A stretch of DNA of 64,000 bases from an uncultured Hyphomicrobiales bacterium (GCA_905181735.1 CAJIYR010000008.1:12002-76001), one strand, 5' to 3'. Positions 18,101 through 28,163 are shown, counted from the first letter of the stretch. Notes: generated by a model not told the origin, from the sequence alone. Made by a program: numbers and translations.

Positions 18101-18229
18101 TGGTGGGTTCAAATGTCTACTGCAATAATTTTTGGCCTTACTTTCTCAACAATATTAACTTTGATATTGTTACCGACAATGCTAGCCTTTCCAGTCATTA
18201 TAAGGGAGAGATTTAAGATATTAAATTAA
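15119..18229 (+). CDS. RND family efflux permease (AcrB-like)
   Basis: 1036 aa with two blocks of TM helices separated by large loops. Size and pattern are typical of AcrB/ACR_tran proteins. Confidence 0.9.
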   Translation: MNNIISAILSRPRTVISLLLALVICGIYSYITIPKEANPNISVPVFYVSISQPGISSQDAEKLIIRPMEAKLKSLEGLKEMTSVASEGYGAIILEFDIKSDIDTVLAEIRAKVDQARSDLPADANAPNILETNFALIPSMIISLSGDIPERTLYRHAKTLEDEIEKISTVLRVDLNGIRDELIEVILDTTKIESYQLTPGNIINAVNQNNSLISAGSIDNNKGKFNIKVPGLFKTAEDIYSIPIKKQGNIIVTLKDIATINRTFKDATSFSSFNGNKNIALNVLKRVDVNIIDHNKNIKKSVEKYIENWPESIKVTYTFDESKTIFETLSNLQSSILTAIALVMIVVVSFLGLRSAFLIGIAIPISFLIGFFIINTLGMTVNIMVLFGLIITVGMLVDGAIVIIEYADKLIKEGKSKKESYLSASQRMFWPIASSTATTLAAFVPMLLWPGVAGQFMSYLPIMVIIVLSTALVTAIIFLPALGSIQFKKKEIKSEKSIGTIQLKFLSFYPIVLRKIIRKPITVLAITFLLIASIFTLFIKYNNGVEYFVSAEPEQAVVFISARGNLSTAESNTLSKEIEKEILKIEGIKHFFMTVGTNNSNSGNPGDVRDKPVDAIATIYLELESYNKRRSAEEIFNEIRKNTIKPGTYVEIRKIEGGPPTGKDIRLEIISSNYLAAKEATGIIKDYFATSIEGLIDIEDTRPLPGLEWQIEVDREKAGKYNTSVASIGPIIQLVTNGVLIGKYIPDDSDDELDIRIRIPEKERNIDNLDRLKIQTSIGSVPLSNFITRKAKEEVSSITRKDGKYFFSVKANTIRGITSDSKIAEINNWIKTGQWPEEIEFKFRGADEEQKEAGEFLSKAALGAIALMFLILITQFNSFYQTILTLSTVILSIAGVLLGMLVTGQTFSIIMTGTGIVALAGIVVNNSIVFIDTYNIHMKQGIDQLDAIIKTASERIRPILLTTITTIMGLIPMATQVSIDFISRDILIGGITAGWWVQMSTAIIFGLTFSTILTLILLPTMLAFPVIIRERFKILN

Positions 18230-19293
18230 TCATTTCCTGGAAGCATCAAAACTTGTCCTGGATAGATTAAATCTGGATTAATGATCTGATTATTATTTGC
18301 AAGAAATAAAACGGTGTATTCAATACCTGAACCATATACATCTCTTGCTATGTTCCATAGATTATCTCCAGGTTTAATCAGAACCTTACCAGAGAAATTT
18401 TCATCTAAAGGGATTAAGTTGACTAATCGAGAAAAAGAAGTCGATGCTCTCGCAACAACAAAACTATCATCATCTAACTGATCTGCCCTTAATTCATAAT
18501 CTCCTGGTATGATATTACTATCAAGGTTTAAGGTCCAATTTCCTTTTCTATCAGAAAATGTTGTACCGATAAAATCATTATCTAAATATGCATTAACTTG
18601 AGACAAAGGGTCTGCATTTCCTGAAACAATTACCCCAGTATCACTATAATCAACTGACTTTAAATTAATTATAGAATTGTCATCAATTATTTTTTCATTT
18701 AATAATTTAGTAGGCTTGCCTTGCTCTGTCATTAATATGATTTTATCTTCACTGACCAAGGAATCACTTCCATTAAGCTCATTAGGCATAATAGTGACAA
18801 CTTGCTTGGATATTAGTTCTTTATCATTTTCTCTAGACTTGGCCACTAAGCTTAGGTTTAGAATATCATCCGTTAGTTGACCTTCTTCAATAATTACAAC
18901 CCATTCTCCTTCTAAATTAGCTTCACCTTTTCCTATAATTTCATTGTTATTTAAAATTGTTATTTCTGCATTAGACTCAGACCTACCAGCAATGACAGAT
19001 ACACTATTCGTATCAACTCTTACTATATCAAATGTTGGGAGAATATTTTCTTCAATAGTTACTTCAGTAGTTGCTTCAGCAGTTTCTTTGTTGGCAATAT
19101 TAATTAGATTCTTCTCATCAGTAGCCTGATCATCTTTAGAAATATCATTCTCAATATCTGCAATTATTAATTCTACTCTTTCAGAGGTTAACTCTAATGT
19201 ATCATTAGATTTATTTTGATATTGAAATATGGCTAACATTATAATGACTACTAATATAATGACCCCAAATATTAATTTATTGTATTTTTCCAT
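18226..19293 (-). CDS. membrane-anchored LysM peptidoglycan-binding protein
   Basis: The C-terminal segment IKPGDNLWNIARDVYG...NPDLIYPGQVLMLP is a LysM domain. An N-terminal TM helix follows the likely start MEKYNK (ATG at 19293, internal to ORF 18226..19329). Confidence 0.7.
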   Translation of the reverse strand: MEKYNKLIFGVIILVVIIMLAIFQYQNKSNDTLELTSERVELIIADIENDISKDDQATDEKNLINIANKETAEATTEVTIEENILPTFDIVRVDTNSVSVIAGRSESNAEITILNNNEIIGKGEANLEGEWVVIIEEGQLTDDILNLSLVAKSRENDKELISKQVVTIMPNELNGSDSLVSEDKIILMTEQGKPTKLLNEKIIDDNSIINLKSVDYSDTGVIVSGNADPLSQVNAYLDNDFIGTTFSDRKGNWTLNLDSNIIPGDYELRADQLDDDSFVVARASTSFSRLVNLIPLDENFSGKVLIKPGDNLWNIARDVYGSGIEYTVLFLANNNQIINPDLIYPGQVLMLPGND

Positions 19294-19402
19294 GTGCAGA
19301 AGCCTATAAAACATTAAACAACAAGACATATTAATTTAATAATATTATTATATATTTGAATCTAGAATGATTCTTAAACCATTAGCATAGAGTATATGTA
19401 TT

Positions 19403-19954
19403 ATGTCTGAAAAAATAAAAGAAATCAAAACAATATGTGTTTATTGTAGTACCTTCAACAAAGATAACAAATTTAATCAAGAGATAGAAGCTTTAGCAAA
19501 GTTAATTTCAAAAAATAAAATAGCTACAGTATATGGCGGTGGAAACACTGGAATAATGGGTAAATTTGCTAGAACATTCATAGATAATGGTGGAGAAGTA
19601 ATCGCCGTTATACCAGAATTTCTACATAGTAAAATTACACTGTTTGACGATATCTCAAAGGTAATTATTACTAAAACAATGCATGAGCGCAAGAAAAAAA
19701 TGTTTGAACTTTCAGATGCATTTATTGCACTACCAGGCGGTATTGGTACATTAGATGAACTTGTTGAGATTATGACCTGGTCGCAATTAAAGATTCATGA
19801 TAAAGTTATTATAATTGCTAATTTTGATGGTTTCTGGAATCCTTTTATAAAGCTGCTAGAGCATTTAGAATCACAGACCTTTATAAGAGATCTAAAAGCA
19901 ATCAATTACAAGGTGGCTAGCACACCAGAAGAAATCATAGAATTAATCAAATAA
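19403..19954 (+). CDS. LOG family protein (cytokinin riboside 5'-monophosphate phosphoribohydrolase-like, TIGR00730 type)
   Basis: 183 aa with the family-hallmark motifs GGGNTGIMG and PGGIGTLDEL. Confidence 0.8.
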   Translation: MSEKIKEIKTICVYCSTFNKDNKFNQEIEALAKLISKNKIATVYGGGNTGIMGKFARTFIDNGGEVIAVIPEFLHSKITLFDDISKVIITKTMHERKKKMFELSDAFIALPGGIGTLDELVEIMTWSQLKIHDKVIIIANFDGFWNPFIKLLEHLESQTFIRDLKAINYKVASTPEEIIELIK

Positions 19955-19957
19955 CTC

Positions 19958-21556
19958 TTATTCTGCGATACTTGAATTCAGAAGCTTGTAGGTAATAGAA
20001 TCCATTAATGCTTGGAATGAAGCATCGACAATATTTGGCGAAACCCCTATTGTAAACCATCTTTTTCCTGTTGAATCCCTAGATTCAACCAATACTCTTG
20101 TAATAGCTCCAGTTCCTCCCGATAAAACTCTCACTTTATAATCAAGAAGCTGCAAATCAACTATATATTTACTATACTTACCTAAGTCTTTTCTTAACGC
20201 GCTATCTAAAGCATTAATAGGTCCGTTACCTTCGCCAGAAGACATTGTTCTTTCTCCGTCAACTTCTAATTTTACAGTAGCCTCTGAAACAGTTATTAAC
20301 TCGCCAATAGCATTTGTTCTTCTTTCAACCATTATTCTAAAGCTTTCAACCTTAAAATATTCTTTAACTTTACCAAAAGTATTCCTTGCTAATAATTCAA
20401 AAGAAGCTTCCGCGCTTGCATAAGTATAACCATTAGCCTCTCGTTCTTTCACTATTTCAAGTAATTTTAAAATTCTTGGATCATTGTCTTTAACATCTAT
20501 TTTTAATCTTTTTAATACCGATATTATATTTGACTTACCTCCTTGATCAGAAACTAATAATTTTCTTTTATTGCCAACAAGAACAGGGTCAATATGTTCA
20601 TACGTCCTTGGATCTTTAATAATTGCAGAAGCATGAATACCAGCTTTTGTTGCAAAAGCAGTTTCTCCAACATAAGGAGCCTGTGTTATAGGCGATCTAT
20701 TCAATATATCATCTATGATTAAGCTAATTTTTTTTAAATTCTTAAGCTCATTTTGCTTAATTGATAATTCAAAAAACTCATTAAAACTTTTTTTTAAAAT
20801 AAGAGTTGGAATAATTGTAACTAAATCCGCATTACCGCATCTTTCTCCTATACCATTCATTGTTCCTTGAATATGTCTAACGCCAGCTCTTACAGCAGAA
20901 AGACTATTGGCAACAGCATTTCCTGTATCATTATGAGCATGGATACCAAGAAAACCTCCTGGTACAATTTTGCATACATCTTCTACTATCTTAGTTATTT
21001 CGTGAGGCAATGTTCCACCATTAGTATCGCATAATACAATCCATCTAGCACCTGAATCATAGGCACCTTTTACACATTGTAATGCATATTCACTATTGCT
21101 TTTATAGCCATCAAAAAAATGTTCACAATCAACCATGACCGTTTTTTTTCTATTTTTTGCCTCCACAACCGATTCTTGAATTGAATCTAAATTTTCCTGT
21201 AGAGTGCAACCCAAGGCAGTTTTAACATGAAAATCCCAACTTTTAGCAACAAAACATATACTATGAGAATCAAATGATAATAAAGACTGTAATCCCGTAT
21301 CATTAGAAATCGACCTACCTGGTCTTTTTATCATACCAAATGAAACAAATTTTGCTTTTTTTAATTTTGGAGGATTGAGAAAAAAATCAGTATCAATCAG
21401 ATTTGCACCAGGATACCCACCTTCAATATAATCTAAACCTAGTTGATCCAGAACGTTGCAAATATTATTCTTATCATCCAACGTGAAATCTATACCTGGC
21501 GTCTGATTACCGTCTCTAAGAGTAGTATCAAATAAATATATTTTTTCTTTACTCAT
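19958..21556 (-). CDS. cimA: citramalate synthase / 2-isopropylmalate synthase-family enzyme (CimA-type)
   Basis: It has LFDTTLRDGNQ, HAHND and a C-terminal LeuA-dimer-like domain, and the roughly 530-aa length fits the CimA type. The likely ATG at 21554-21556 shares one base with the cysS stop codon (TGATG on the minus strand). Confidence 0.7.
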   Translation of the reverse strand: MSKEKIYLFDTTLRDGNQTPGIDFTLDDKNNICNVLDQLGLDYIEGGYPGANLIDTDFFLNPPKLKKAKFVSFGMIKRPGRSISNDTGLQSLLSFDSHSICFVAKSWDFHVKTALGCTLQENLDSIQESVVEAKNRKKTVMVDCEHFFDGYKSNSEYALQCVKGAYDSGARWIVLCDTNGGTLPHEITKIVEDVCKIVPGGFLGIHAHNDTGNAVANSLSAVRAGVRHIQGTMNGIGERCGNADLVTIIPTLILKKSFNEFFELSIKQNELKNLKKISLIIDDILNRSPITQAPYVGETAFATKAGIHASAIIKDPRTYEHIDPVLVGNKRKLLVSDQGGKSNIISVLKRLKIDVKDNDPRILKLLEIVKEREANGYTYASAEASFELLARNTFGKVKEYFKVESFRIMVERRTNAIGELITVSEATVKLEVDGERTMSSGEGNGPINALDSALRKDLGKYSKYIVDLQLLDYKVRVLSGGTGAITRVLVESRDSTGKRWFTIGVSPNIVDASFQALMDSITYKLLNSSIAE

Positions 21557-22917
21557 CAAAGAACTTCCCAAGTAGTTTTATCTTTATTGTCATTCAATTT
21601 AATTCCTTTGGCTATTAAATTATCTCTAATTTTATCAGATTGTGCAAAATCTTTATTCTTTCTTGCTTCTTCCCGTTCTGTAATAAGCATCTCTATTTGA
21701 CTAACGTCAATATTACTAGCTAACGGTATCCAATTTTTCCAATCCTTCTTACCAATCTTTAATAGACCAAGAAAATTACCACATAGCCTTAAGTCATCAT
21801 AGTTTCCCTCCTTATAAAACTCATGAAGCTTAGATATAGCCAAAGGGCTATTCAAGTCATCGCAAAGAGATTCAATAAATTCATAAGGAATATTATTTTC
21901 ATCAAATATTTTTTTATCCTCCGTCACATCATACCATTTATTTAATATCAACCAAGATTCTTTTAAACTTGTTTCAGTCCAATCAATTGGTTGCCTATAA
22001 TGAGTACGCAACATATTAAATCTAATAACTTCACTTGGCCATTTATTTAATAATTCTTTTATTTTTAGAATATTGCCCAAAGATTTAGACATTTTCTTTC
22101 CTTCAATATTCAATATTCCGTTATGAATAAAAAAATTAGCCATTTTATCGTTTTTATGAAAACAACATGATTGAGAAATCTCATTCTCATGGTGAGGAAA
22201 AATCAGATCGATGCCACCTCCATGAATATCAAAATGTGAACCAAAATATTTTGTTGACATTGCTGAGCATTCTAAGTGCCACCCTGGCCTACCATATCCC
22301 CAAGGACTCATCCAACCAGGCTCAATCTCTGAACTTGGCTTCCACAAAACAAAATCTAAAGGATGTCTTTTATAAGTAGCAACATCAATACGAGAACCCG
22401 AAATCATTTCTTTTAATGTTCTATTTGTTAATTTTCCATAATTTTTATAAGAGGTAACATCAAATAAAACATGATTCTCAGACACATATGCATTTTTAGA
22501 TTTAATTAATGCTAAAATAATCTCCTGCATCTCAGAAATATTTTCTGTTGCCTTAGGTTCAAAGTCTGGATTGAGGCACCCTAGAGAAAAAATATCTTCA
22601 TGAAAAGACTTTATAACACCAGCTGTTATTTTATTAATCGCATCGTTAATGAATATATTAGGATATTCAGCATAAGCCCTATTATTAATTTTATCATCAA
22701 CATCTGTAATATTTCTTATATAAGTTACATTATCCTTACCAAATATCTTATTTAAAATCCTATACAAAAGATCAAAGACTATAACTGGACGGGCATTGCC
22801 GATATGGGCTAAATCATAAACCGTTGGCCCACAGACGTAGAGCCGAATGTCTTCTTTATCGATAGGGACAAATAGCTCCTTTGTTTTAGACAATGTATTA
22901 TAAAGTTTTAATTCCAC
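21556..22917 (-). CDS. cysS: cysteine--tRNA ligase
   Basis: 453 aa with the HIGH motif (HIGNARP), KMSKS (KMSKSLGN) and zinc-site Cys residues. Confidence 0.95.
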   Translation of the reverse strand: MELKLYNTLSKTKELFVPIDKEDIRLYVCGPTVYDLAHIGNARPVIVFDLLYRILNKIFGKDNVTYIRNITDVDDKINNRAYAEYPNIFINDAINKITAGVIKSFHEDIFSLGCLNPDFEPKATENISEMQEIILALIKSKNAYVSENHVLFDVTSYKNYGKLTNRTLKEMISGSRIDVATYKRHPLDFVLWKPSSEIEPGWMSPWGYGRPGWHLECSAMSTKYFGSHFDIHGGGIDLIFPHHENEISQSCCFHKNDKMANFFIHNGILNIEGKKMSKSLGNILKIKELLNKWPSEVIRFNMLRTHYRQPIDWTETSLKESWLILNKWYDVTEDKKIFDENNIPYEFIESLCDDLNSPLAISKLHEFYKEGNYDDLRLCGNFLGLLKIGKKDWKNWIPLASNIDVSQIEMLITEREEARKNKDFAQSDKIRDNLIAKGIKLNDNKDKTTWEVL

Positions 22918-22967
22918 TATAATTCACCTATAAATATAACTTTTTTTATGAACATGTATTATTTAAA

Positions 22968-23531
22968 TTATCCAATATCACTAAGCAAGGTTTTTGAGAT
23001 ATTTTCTAAAGTACGCTTAAAACTATCATAATTTCCTGTAGCTCTAACAAAAACTAATGAACCTTCAATAGTAATTATTGCTTCTTCTGCAATAATCTTT
23101 GCATTGTCTTCATTCACACCTCTATCCATAAATATTCTGGCTAGTGAATCTATCCAATATAATATTGCTGAATGAATTTCTTTAGAGAAAAATTTCTTAC
23201 TGCCTCCGATAGCAAAAACATCTATTAAACACGATCTTCTGCCACTTTTATAGAATAAATCAATACCCGATACCATAGCTTTAATTTTTTCTTCAAATGT
23301 AACGTCAGCGGCTAATGGTGACAAAACTAATCTTGTAAAATCTTTACTAATTCTATCGTAAACAGCTCTTGCCATCTCCTCTTTCCCACCAGGAAAATGA
23401 TAATACAAACTTGCTCTACCTAAACCTGTATTTTTTGAAAGTATGGTTAAACTAGAACCATCATAACCCTCATTGCAAAAAATATTTACAAGATCATCAA
23501 CTAAGTCTCTATATGAAGTTATTTTTACCAT
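22968..23531 (-). CDS. TetR family transcriptional regulator
   Basis: 187 aa with an N-terminal helix-turn-helix (LTILSKNTGLGRASLYYHFPGGKEEM). Confidence 0.8.
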   Translation of the reverse strand: MVKITSYRDLVDDLVNIFCNEGYDGSSLTILSKNTGLGRASLYYHFPGGKEEMARAVYDRISKDFTRLVLSPLAADVTFEEKIKAMVSGIDLFYKSGRRSCLIDVFAIGGSKKFFSKEIHSAILYWIDSLARIFMDRGVNEDNAKIIAEEAIITIEGSLVFVRATGNYDSFKRTLENISKTLLSDIG

Positions 23532-23547
23532 ATTTTAATCCAATTTA

Positions 23548-23559
23548 GAACGACCGTTC
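23548..23559. promoter_or_regulatory. candidate TetR operator (perfect inverted repeat GAACG-N2-CGTTC)
   Basis: This GC-containing palindrome is the only one in the AT-rich 85-bp spacer. It lies 17-28 nt upstream of the TetR ATG. Confidence 0.3.
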
Positions 23560-23616
23560 GATTATAGTATGATATATTGAGTTATACAAGATAGATTTAA
23601 TTTTTAATAAAATTTA

Positions 23617-24978
23617 TTAAAAAGTATCAATATTTACGTTTAAACGTTTCGCAGTTCTTATTAAGCCAATAAATGGTAAAAATGTAGATAGATTAGGGCC
23701 ATGATCTTGACCTGTTAACGCTATTCTAAGAGGAAAAAATAAATCTCTACCTTTCAGCCCAGTTTTTTCAGAAATTTTATTAGTCCACGCCTTCCAAGTC
23801 TTCTCATCCCAAGGCTCGGGAGGTAATAATTCTAAAGCAACTTTACAGACACCGTCATTAACGTCAAATATTCCATCTCTAACATCAAATATTCCATCAT
23901 TAACAGCAATATCCCACCAATATTTAGCTTCTGAAATCCTTGTTAGGTTTGGCCTAACTGCATCCCAAAATAAATCTTCACCTCCTACGTTCAAATCTTC
24001 TAATTGTCTTTTCACAGACGCATAAGATCTACCTTGTAATATTTTAGCATTAATTATTTCCAGATCATTAAAATTAAATCTAGCTGGAGATCTTGAAATA
24101 TCTTTAAAATTGAAGCTTTTTATTAAATCATCTACTGTATTAAAAGCTTCAACAGACTTAGAGGTTCCTATCCTAGCGCAATAATTGGTTACAGTTATGC
24201 TTTCTATTTTATCTCCCCTTATATCTTTAATCGATTTCGATCCAGTTCTTTTCGATAACCTACTTCCATCAGCGGCAACCATTAAACTATGATGACCAAA
24301 TATTGGTATCTCAGATTTTAAAGCTTTATATAACTGTATCTGAGATGCTGTATTAGAAACATGATCCTCACCTCGTATAACGTGTGTTATAGACACATCA
24401 ATGTCATCAACAACACTTGGTAACGTGTAAAGGTAACTTCCATCTTCTCTTATTAGGACGGGATCAGATAAACTTGAGCAATCTATTTTCTGTTCACCGC
24501 GTATTAAATCATCCCAAGTAATTACAACCCTGTCTAATTTAAATCTCCAGTGAGGTTTTCTACCATCTAATATAAGCTCTTCATGCTGTTTTTGAGTTAA
24601 CGATAATGCGGAACGATCATAAACTGGCGGTTTTCCTTGAGATAAGTTTAACTTTCTCTTCCTTTGAAGTTCCTCATCAGACTCATAACAAGGATACAAT
24701 AAACCAATTTTTTTCAACATATTTGCTGCTTCATCGTATTTATCAGACCTATCAGACTGACGTATCAAATCGTTATATTTAATACCTAACCAATCTAAAT
24801 CTTCAATAATAGCATTATCAAATTCTTTCTTAGACCTCTCAATATCAGTATCATCTATTCTTAATAACATTTCTCCATCTATTGATTTTATAAATAAATA
24901 ATTCAAAACAACAGTTCTAGCATTGCCTATATGCAAATATCCAGTTGGGCTTGGAGCAAAGCGTAATTTATTTTTCAT
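23617..24978 (-). CDS. gltX: glutamate--tRNA ligase
   Basis: 453 aa with HIGH (HIGNARTV) and a KMSKS-like RLSKRTGS motif. It overlaps nadE by 11 nt. Confidence 0.9.
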   Translation of the reverse strand: MKNKLRFAPSPTGYLHIGNARTVVLNYLFIKSIDGEMLLRIDDTDIERSKKEFDNAIIEDLDWLGIKYNDLIRQSDRSDKYDEAANMLKKIGLLYPCYESDEELQRKRKLNLSQGKPPVYDRSALSLTQKQHEELILDGRKPHWRFKLDRVVITWDDLIRGEQKIDCSSLSDPVLIREDGSYLYTLPSVVDDIDVSITHVIRGEDHVSNTASQIQLYKALKSEIPIFGHHSLMVAADGSRLSKRTGSKSIKDIRGDKIESITVTNYCARIGTSKSVEAFNTVDDLIKSFNFKDISRSPARFNFNDLEIINAKILQGRSYASVKRQLEDLNVGGEDLFWDAVRPNLTRISEAKYWWDIAVNDGIFDVRDGIFDVNDGVCKVALELLPPEPWDEKTWKAWTNKISEKTGLKGRDLFFPLRIALTGQDHGPNLSTFLPFIGLIRTAKRLNVNIDTF

Positions 24979-26671
24979 TTTCTTTACCGCCAGCCTCTAG
25001 AGTGTCACGATAATTATTTGTAATAGGGTACCTTCTATCTCTTCCAAAATTCTTTAGAGATATTTTTACACCTGGGGGCGCTTGTCTTCTCTTATATTCA
25101 GAAATATATAATAAATTTTGTATACGACAAACAAGATTATACTCAAATCCACTTTTAACTAACTCCTCCACAGATAGATCATCTTCAATAAGACCAGTTA
25201 ACAGTCTATCAAGAATGTCATACGGAGGAAGGTTATCTTGATCCGTTTGATTTTCCCTTAATTCAGCGGTTGGAGCCTTAGATATAATTCTCTCTGGTAT
25301 GATAATTCCAGAAGAACCTAGGCAATTATTAGGTACTTTTTTATTCCTCATAACTGCCAGCTTGTATACATCTGTTTTATATATATCCTTTAATGGATTA
25401 AACCCACCTGACATATCACCGTAAAGAGTTGCATACCCTACTGCCATTTCTGATTTATTTCCAGTTGTTATCAAAAGAGAATTAAACTTATTAGAGATTG
25501 CCATTAAAATAACACCTCTTGTTCTTGCTTGAATATTCTCTTCTGTAATGTCATTTTTTAAACCTAAGAATAACGTTTCAAGGGAAGATTCGAGTTTAGA
25601 TGTTATTTCTGAGATATTTACTTCGTCTAACTTTATTTTTAATCCATTTCCACATTCGATTGCATCTTCTCTGCTCTCATTACTAGTATACTTTGATGGT
25701 AACATAATGCATCTAACATTTTCACTACCAAGTGCATCCACTGCAATAGCGGCAACTAAAGCCGAATCAATTCCTCCTGACAACCCTATCAATACATTCT
25801 TAAATCCATTCTTTAAAATGTAATCTTTCAATCCAAGAACACAAGCTTGATACATTAGCGTAAAATCATCTTCCTCTGTAGTTAAAATATTGTCACTACA
25901 AACCCATTTATTTTCTTTTTTAAACCAATTTGTATGTATTATTGTTTCTGAAAAACTAGGCAATTGAACCGGTATAGAATAATCTGAGTTTACAACAAAT
26001 GAAGCTCCATCAAAGACTAGTTCGTCCTGACCACCAACTTGATTTAGATATACTAATGGTTGCCCTGTCTCAACAACTCTTGCAATTACGTGATTCAATC
26101 TAACGTGATTTTTTGCTTTATTATAAGGAGAGCCATTAGGAACGATAATAATTTCTGATCCAGTTTCTGCCAAACATTCAGTTACATCATCAAACCAAAT
26201 ATCTTCACATATAGCAAATCCAATTCTAACGCCTCTAAAATTTACAGGCCCAGGCATAGGACCTTTTTCAAATACTCTTTTTTCATCAAACACTCCGTAA
26301 TTAGGTAAATGAACTTTGTGTTGTATTGCAACAATCTTTCCGCAATCAATTAAAGCTATTGAATTGAATGGTTTTTGTTTCCCTTGAGTTGGTAGGCCTA
26401 ATAAAATAGCTGGACCCATGTCATTTGTTTCTTTAACAAGAGCTTCTAGTGCGCTATCAATTTTTTTTATAAATGCAGGCTTTAGCACAAGATCTTCTGG
26501 AGGATAACCCGATAAAAATAATTCAGAAAAAACAACCAAATCGGAATTATTTCTTTTAGCAATCTCTCTTGCATTGCGAACAATAGTCAAATTACCATCT
26601 ATATCACCAACGGTAGGATTCAATTGTGCAAGAGTTATTTTAAGGGAATCTTTTATATTTACTTCTGACAT
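24968..26671 (-). CDS. nadE: glutamine-dependent NAD+ synthetase
   Basis: 567 aa, with an N-terminal CN-hydrolase (glutaminase) domain and a C-terminal PP-loop (GLSGGIDSAL). Confidence 0.9.
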   Translation of the reverse strand: MSEVNIKDSLKITLAQLNPTVGDIDGNLTIVRNAREIAKRNNSDLVVFSELFLSGYPPEDLVLKPAFIKKIDSALEALVKETNDMGPAILLGLPTQGKQKPFNSIALIDCGKIVAIQHKVHLPNYGVFDEKRVFEKGPMPGPVNFRGVRIGFAICEDIWFDDVTECLAETGSEIIIVPNGSPYNKAKNHVRLNHVIARVVETGQPLVYLNQVGGQDELVFDGASFVVNSDYSIPVQLPSFSETIIHTNWFKKENKWVCSDNILTTEEDDFTLMYQACVLGLKDYILKNGFKNVLIGLSGGIDSALVAAIAVDALGSENVRCIMLPSKYTSNESREDAIECGNGLKIKLDEVNISEITSKLESSLETLFLGLKNDITEENIQARTRGVILMAISNKFNSLLITTGNKSEMAVGYATLYGDMSGGFNPLKDIYKTDVYKLAVMRNKKVPNNCLGSSGIIIPERIISKAPTAELRENQTDQDNLPPYDILDRLLTGLIEDDLSVEELVKSGFEYNLVCRIQNLLYISEYKRRQAPPGVKISLKNFGRDRRYPITNNYRDTLEAGGKENEK

Positions 26672-26689
26672 ATTGATTATTATTTTTGA

Positions 26690-28045
26690 TTATATATTAG
26701 TTTTAGCTAACCTAATTTCTTCTGCTACCAAAAAAGCAAGCTCTAAAGCTTGATTTGCATTTAAACGCGGATCGCAGTGCGTATTATATCGTGACGATAG
26801 GTCTGCATCACTTATAGACATTGCACCTCCAGTACATTCGGTTACATTATTTCCTGTCATTTCCACGTGTATACCGCCAGGGTAAGTGCCCTCATTTTTA
26901 TGGACCTTCATATAATTCCTAACTTCCATCATAATATTTTCAAATGGTCGTGTTTTAAATCCACTAGATGCTTTAACAGTATTTCCATGCATTGGATCAC
27001 ATGACCATAATACATTGTGACCATGATTTTTTACACATCTAATTAAACTTGGCAAATGTTTTTCTACATTATCAAAACCGAATCTAGCAATGAGTGTAAT
27101 TCTACCTTTCTCATTTTCTGGATTCAATGTATCTAATAACTTTATCAAATCATCTTCAGTCATTGATGGGCCACACTTAATTCCAATTGGATTTTTAATT
27201 CCTCTACAAAATTCGGTATGAGCTTCTATTGGATTTCTTGTTCTGTCTCCAATCCAAAGCATATGAGCTGAAGTGGCATACCAATCTCCAGTAGTTGAAT
27301 CTACTCTTGTCATAACCTCTTCATAACCTAATAAAAGAGCCTCATGACTAGTATATAAATTAGTAGTTCTTAGAGCATGAGATGATTCGGGTGTAATACC
27401 ACAAGCCCTCATGAATCCAAGAGTTTGAGATATTTGATTAGCAAGATCTTTATATTTTTCACTAACAAGAGAATTATTTAAAAATTCTAACGTCCAATTG
27501 TGTACATGCTCTAAATTAGCATAACCTCCTTGGGACAAAGATCTTATAAGATTTAATGTCGCTGCTGATTGGCGATATGATTTCAATAGGCGCTCTGGAT
27601 CTGGAGTTCTGGAGTTTTCGTTAAATTCAATACCATTTATAATATCACCCCTGTAACTCATTAACTCTTTATTATCAATGACTTCCGTGTCAGAAGAACG
27701 AGGTTTTGCAAATTGACCTGCTATTCTACCAACCTTAATAACTGGAACAGAAGCTGCATAAGTTAATACTGCGGACATTTGCAAAAATAATTTAAAAGTA
27801 TCCATTATTGTATCCGGACCATGTTCTAAGAATGATTCAGCACAATCTCCTCCCTGTAACAAAAAAGCTTTCCCATCACTTGCTTCTGCTAATATATTTC
27901 TTAAATTTCTTGCTTCTCCAGCAAATACTAAAGGCGGATAACTCTTGATCTTCTTTTCAACTTCTTTTAGGTGATCTAAATTAGGATAACCTGGGACATG
28001 TTTAATTGGTTTCTCTCTCCAGCTTGATGGGGACCATGTAACCAT
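26690..28045 (-). CDS. 3-deoxy-7-phosphoheptulonate (DAHP) synthase, class II
   Basis: 451 aa. The size and the GRIAGQFAKPRS motif fit the plant-like class II family. Confidence 0.85.
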   Translation of the reverse strand: MVTWSPSSWREKPIKHVPGYPNLDHLKEVEKKIKSYPPLVFAGEARNLRNILAEASDGKAFLLQGGDCAESFLEHGPDTIMDTFKLFLQMSAVLTYAASVPVIKVGRIAGQFAKPRSSDTEVIDNKELMSYRGDIINGIEFNENSRTPDPERLLKSYRQSAATLNLIRSLSQGGYANLEHVHNWTLEFLNNSLVSEKYKDLANQISQTLGFMRACGITPESSHALRTTNLYTSHEALLLGYEEVMTRVDSTTGDWYATSAHMLWIGDRTRNPIEAHTEFCRGIKNPIGIKCGPSMTEDDLIKLLDTLNPENEKGRITLIARFGFDNVEKHLPSLIRCVKNHGHNVLWSCDPMHGNTVKASSGFKTRPFENIMMEVRNYMKVHKNEGTYPGGIHVEMTGNNVTECTGGAMSISDADLSSRYNTHCDPRLNANQALELAFLVAEEIRLAKTNI

Positions 28046-28163
28046 TTATCTTGCTCCTTAAAGTAAAAAATCTAAAAAACATACTTATACATTAGCTTAA
28101 TTTTATGTACAGCAATAATTATATATATAATTATATGAAATATATTTATATATATTTAAGAAA

